In this document: piece after piece, positions 60,312 to 64,000 of the stretch
Layout: the number at the start of each line of letters is the position of its first letter
Position numbering within the stretch: position 1 is the first letter of the stretch
DNA from: Nitrospirota bacterium
GTDB taxonomy: Bacteria > Nitrospirota > Thermodesulfovibrionia > Thermodesulfovibrionales > UBA9159
DNA: 64,000 bases
Assembly: GCA_963699545.1 (NCBI GenBank)
Contig: CAVOUE010000006.1
Coordinates: 288,001-352,000 of the forward strand
Direction: 5' to 3'
Program-made: the position numbers and the translations under genes
Notes under the pieces: generated by a model
What the model was told of the DNA's origin: nothing
What the model saw: the letters and a program-made list of their open reading frames with translations, nothing else
The model's database searches: none

Positions 60312-61850
60312 TTATGTATGCCTGCTCCCTTCCATCCTGTTCTTTATCACCTCTTCCACGATCTCCCGGTCACTGAACCTGTAGCGCATTCCCTTTATCT
60401 CCTGATACTCTTCGTGTCCCTTCCCTGCGATGAGCAGAATGTCTCCCGCCCGCGCCTTTTCCACCGCGAAATACAGAGCATCCCGCCTGTCAGGAACCGG
60501 GGCATGATTGTCCCTTGCTATACCGGAAACTATCTCCCCTATTATCTGGCCGGGGTCCTCACTCCTCGGATTGTCTGACGTTATGATCACAAAGTCGCTG
60601 AGCCGCGTGGCGATCTCCCCCATGACCGGCCTTTTCCCCCTGTCCCTGTCGCCCCCGCAACCGAACACGGTTATGATGCGGCCGGGTCCGTCCTTGTCAT
60701 GCAGGAGTTCTCTTGCGGTAAGGATCAACCGTTCCAGCGCATCGGGAGTATGGGCATAGTCAACGATGCAGAGGAAATCCTGACCCGCGTCCACCCGTTC
60801 GAGCCTCCCTCGCACGTTTTTTATGTTCCTGATCCCTTCCTGTATCACCTCCACCGGGATATGTAAGGCAATACCCACAGAAGTTGCCGCCAGAATATTA
60901 TAGACGTTGGGGATACCGATCAAGGGAGAATCCATGTGGTATGTCCTGCCTTCGGAGGTCAACGTGAACGAAACTCCTGTAAGAGACTCCTCCTTCTGCG
61001 AAGCGAAGATATCCGCCTTCCTGTCCATGCCGTAGGTGATTATTGCAGGGCATCCACTCCCTTGATCAGCGACACCCGGGCCTTCCTTAAGATCGGCGAG
61101 CAGCGCTCTTCCCCACTCATCGTCCACATTGATCACTGCCGTCCCTGCCTCCGTCAGCAGTTCGGTAAATAAACGCTCCTTCGCTCCAAAATAGCTCTCC
61201 ATCGTCTCATGAAAATCGAGATGATCCCTTGTAAGGTTCGTAAAGACTACGACCACGAACCGCGTATGATCCACCCTCCTCTGGGAAAGGGAATGGGATG
61301 ATACCTCGCTTACCACATGGCTGCAGCCTGCAGAGGCCATCTCGCGGAGAAGGCCCTGGAACTCCAGGGCCTCAGGGGTAGTGTGGAGTGCGGGATACGG
61401 TTTGTCGCCGATAAGGTAAGTGATGGTGCCGATGAGACCTGCTTTCTTTTGCCATGCCTCGAGTATTGATTTGATAAGATAGCTCGTTGTGGTCTTCCCG
61501 TTGGTGCCGGTGACACCGATGACCGAGATATCCTCGGACGGACGTTCATAAAAATTATTCGCCATGCATGCGAGGGTCCTTCTGCTGTCATGAACGCGGA
61601 TAAAGACGGAAGATGGACCGGGGTGGGCGGTCTTTTCCCCCACTACCACCGCTGCACCATTCCTGACGGCATCACCAATAAACCTATGTCCGTCAAGATG
61701 CTCTCCCTTCACCGCAACAAACACACCGTTCTTTGTAACCTTCCTCGAATCACAGGCGATCCCCGGATACTCTGCGGTCAGGGTACCGCCGTCCTTATCC
61801 CCCGGTATCAGCTCATATTCACAGCCGGAAAGGACATCCCCCAGCTTCAT
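60312..61850 (-). CDS. murE: UDP-MurNAc-dipeptide meso-DAP ligase
   Basis: GTNGKTT, TTPE, DYAHTPD, GCGGDRD, DNPR, AGKGHE. Confidence 0.96.
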   Translation of the reverse strand: MKLGDVLSGCEYELIPGDKDGGTLTAEYPGIACDSRKVTKNGVFVAVKGEHLDGHRFIGDAVRNGAAVVVGEKTAHPGPSSVFIRVHDSRRTLACMANNFYERPSEDISVIGVTGTNGKTTTSYLIKSILEAWQKKAGLIGTITYLIGDKPYPALHTTPEALEFQGLLREMASAGCSHVVSEVSSHSLSQRRVDHTRFVVVVFTNLTRDHLDFHETMESYFGAKERLFTELLTEAGTAVINVDDEWGRALLADLKEGPGVADQGSGCPAIITYGMDRKADIFASQKEESLTGVSFTLTSEGRTYHMDSPLIGIPNVYNILAATSVGIALHIPVEVIQEGIRNIKNVRGRLERVDAGQDFLCIVDYAHTPDALERLILTARELLHDKDGPGRIITVFGCGGDRDRGKRPVMGEIATRLSDFVIITSDNPRSEDPGQIIGEIVSGIARDNHAPVPDRRDALYFAVEKARAGDILLIAGKGHEEYQEIKGMRYRFSDREIVEEVIKNRMEGSRHT

Positions 61851-63541
61851 CGTGAAACCACCAGCAGATTTCCCGGGATATCCTCCCTCGGCACATCAAG
61901 ATATGAAAGGGCGTTCTCCGCTATCTTCTGGAAGACAGGCGCAGCTACGACCCCTCCGTAGATCTGTCCCTTTGGCTCGTAAATGACCACGATCATCGCG
62001 ATCCTGGGACTGTCCGCAGGGACGAAACCCACAAAGGAGCTTATAAATTTTTCCGTTGAATACCTCTTTGTGCGCGGGTCCACCATCTGTGCTGTTCCGG
62101 TCTTGCCTGCCACATTGTTTCCGCTCACGGCAGCGCTCTTTGCTGTGCCGCCGTCCTCGGTAACCGTTTTCAGTATATCCCTGAAGGTCTCCGCCGTCTT
62201 CTGCGACAAAACCCTCTTTGTTTCACCGGAGAATGTCCAGACTGTCTTCCCGTCAGGGCTTACGATCGTCGAGACCACATGGGGTGTCACCAGAAGACCT
62301 CCGTTCGCAATGGCGGAATAGGCTCGTAATACCTGAAGGGGAGTTACCGCCACCTCCTGTCCAATGGGCACAGAGCCTATGGATACCCCGGACCATCTTT
62401 CCGGTGGCCTGATCAACCCTGACACCTCGCCGGGCAGGTCGATCCCAGTCTTCTCGCCGAAACCGAAGGCCTTCGCGTACTTGTAGATCCTCTCTTTCCC
62501 CAGCTTCATGCCCACCATCACCGAACCCACGTTGGACGACTTCTGGATCACTTCTTTGAATGTCAGGAGACCATGTTTATGGACGTCGTGTATCACCCGC
62601 CTGCCCACTTCGACCACCCCTCTGCTGCAATCAAAGGGCGTATTAAGAGATACCACCTTCTCTTCGAGCGCAGCGGTGCCGATGATGATCTTGAAGGTGG
62701 AACCGGGTTCATAACAGTCAGTGATGGCCCTGTTTCTCCTCTCAAAGGTCCTGCTCCCCGAGAGAGAGTTGGGATTGAATGAAGGTCTGTTCGCAAGGGC
62801 AAGGATATCCCCTGTGAGGGGGTCCATCATGATGGCGGCGGCGGCAGCGGCACGCCATTTCTCCATTGCTCTGTCCAGTTCCGTCTCGACCATGTACTGC
62901 AGCCCCTCGTCAATGGTCAGGACGAGATTATTCCCCTTTGATTCCATATCCACGCCCTGGGACAGTGTCCTGCCGCTGGCATCCCTGGAGAGCAGGACCT
63001 TTCTGCCGCTGGTGCTGAGGGTACTGTGGTACTGGAGTTCCACGCCCTCTATGCCCCTATTGTCGATATCCACAAAGCCGAGGATGTGAGATGCGAGATA
63101 CCCTTTGGGATAGAACCTCTTTGCGTCGGGAACAAAAGCCAGGCCCTTGATCTTCGTTTCCTTTATCTTCCGCGCCACGTCCGGTTCAAGCTTCCTGTCG
63201 AGCCAGACGAAACGACCCCCTGAGTTCAGCTTCGTGAAGATCGCCTGTGACGTTTTCCCGGTGAGGTCCGACAGGACATATGCGCTCTTCTCCGCTGAGG
63301 CGATCTCGGCCGGATCGCAGTAAAGGGACTCCAGCTCCAGATTCACCGCCATCTCCCTGCCGTGCCGGTCAAATATGGTTCCACGCCTGACCTGTACATC
63401 CTCCCCTTTCAGCTGCTGCATCCTCGCCCGCTCATTGAGCCGTTCATGATTCAGTATCATGATATCCGCAAGTCGCAGGAGTACGATGAAAAACCCGAAC
63501 CCGATGGCGGTATTCAGTATGATCGCCCTCTTTCTCATCAA
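61847..63541 (-). CDS. ftsI: Class B PBP FtsI
   Basis: RGTIFDR, EPGSTFK, SSN, KTGTAQ. Confidence 0.94.
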   Translation of the reverse strand: MMRKRAIILNTAIGFGFFIVLLRLADIMILNHERLNERARMQQLKGEDVQVRRGTIFDRHGREMAVNLELESLYCDPAEIASAEKSAYVLSDLTGKTSQAIFTKLNSGGRFVWLDRKLEPDVARKIKETKIKGLAFVPDAKRFYPKGYLASHILGFVDIDNRGIEGVELQYHSTLSTSGRKVLLSRDASGRTLSQGVDMESKGNNLVLTIDEGLQYMVETELDRAMEKWRAAAAAAIMMDPLTGDILALANRPSFNPNSLSGSRTFERRNRAITDCYEPGSTFKIIIGTAALEEKVVSLNTPFDCSRGVVEVGRRVIHDVHKHGLLTFKEVIQKSSNVGSVMVGMKLGKERIYKYAKAFGFGEKTGIDLPGEVSGLIRPPERWSGVSIGSVPIGQEVAVTPLQVLRAYSAIANGGLLVTPHVVSTIVSPDGKTVWTFSGETKRVLSQKTAETFRDILKTVTEDGGTAKSAAVSGNNVAGKTGTAQMVDPRTKRYSTEKFISSFVGFVPADSPRIAMIVVIYEPKGQIYGGVVAAPVFQKIAENALSYLDVPREDIPGNLLVVSR

Positions 63542-63900
63542 TCAGCCAGGGCCTTCCTGCCATCCCGCCCCAACGGGATTTCGAGGGAAACCCTCTGAGG
63601 ACCCTGCGTTCTCTCCTTTACATACACCACCTTTTTCCTGTCCGGAAATACCAGGCCGATGTCACGGACTGCGGTCTTCTCCACCTTGTGCATCGACATC
63701 AGAGAAGCCTTTTCAGCCATGAGCATCTTCGCCTCCCTGAGCCTGTCCGCCTTCTTGTTCTCGAACTCACTGATGGTGTACTCCGCTGAGATGAAATTCG
63801 ATCTGAGCCAGACAATGCCAAAGAGACCGCACAGGAGAAAGGTGACGAACAGCGGCTTTATTATATATGATACCATACTTCTGCGATATACATTGGTCAT
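63538..63900 (-). CDS. ftsL: FtsL-like protein
   Basis: TM plus coiled coil between rsmH and ftsI. Confidence 0.75.
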   Translation of the reverse strand: MTNVYRRSMVSYIIKPLFVTFLLCGLFGIVWLRSNFISAEYTISEFENKKADRLREAKMLMAEKASLMSMHKVEKTAVRDIGLVFPDRKKVVYVKERTQGPQRVSLEIPLGRDGRKALAD

Positions 63901-64000
63901 AGTCTCTCCGCTCCTCTCAGCTTTGCGCTCCTCGCTGAAGGGTTCCGCCTGATCTCATCGTACGAGGGAGTGAGGGGTTTTTTTGTGAGTGTCAGCATCA
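63897..64000 (-). CDS. rsmH: RsmH/MraW C-terminus (partial)
   Basis: [29 protein letters not shown]. Confidence 0.9.
   Translation of the reverse strand, partial: MLTLTKKPLTPSYDEIRRNPSARSAKLRGAERL

Overview
Bacterial chromosomal window, about 55% GC by eye; gene content suggests an anaerobic Nitrospirota/Desulfobacterota-like organism (inference). In order: (1) cbb3-oxidase accessory genes (ccoG, ccoQ-like, ccoH-like, DsbD_2, ccoI, with ccoS further on). (2) An accessory hotspot at about 4.5-9.1 kb with a 573-bp diverged duplication of the ccoI 3' end, two solitary integron cassettes (each with attC and an upstream attI-like site but no integrase), a RAYT-type HUH transposase inside 24-bp inverted repeats, and a RelBE pair. 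(3) Housekeeping genes (apgM, TatD-radical SAM fusion, hisS, divIVA, yggT, proC, yggS, pgi, PPIase, hemL). (4) A respiratory block with 11-, 4- and 4-heme cytochromes, two Fe-S/NrfD modules, citrate synthase and a Rieske/cyt b/pentaheme complex. (5) mla genes, an MshEN-repeat protein, torD-atpZ-atpI, csp and a diguanylate cyclase. (6) The dcw cluster from rsmH (partial) to ftsZ, with an embedded D,D-carboxypeptidase. Two window-wide patterns stand out. Short palindromic or heptamer repeats sit in frame inside conserved proteins (TatD, CcoH-like, Ddl, DacA, YggS, MurD). Five of nine apparent frameshifts fall at the same motif (GGAGAC read as GGAGAAC), most likely a systematic, possibly methylation-linked, sequencing error. 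No rRNA, tRNA or CRISPR array was recognised.
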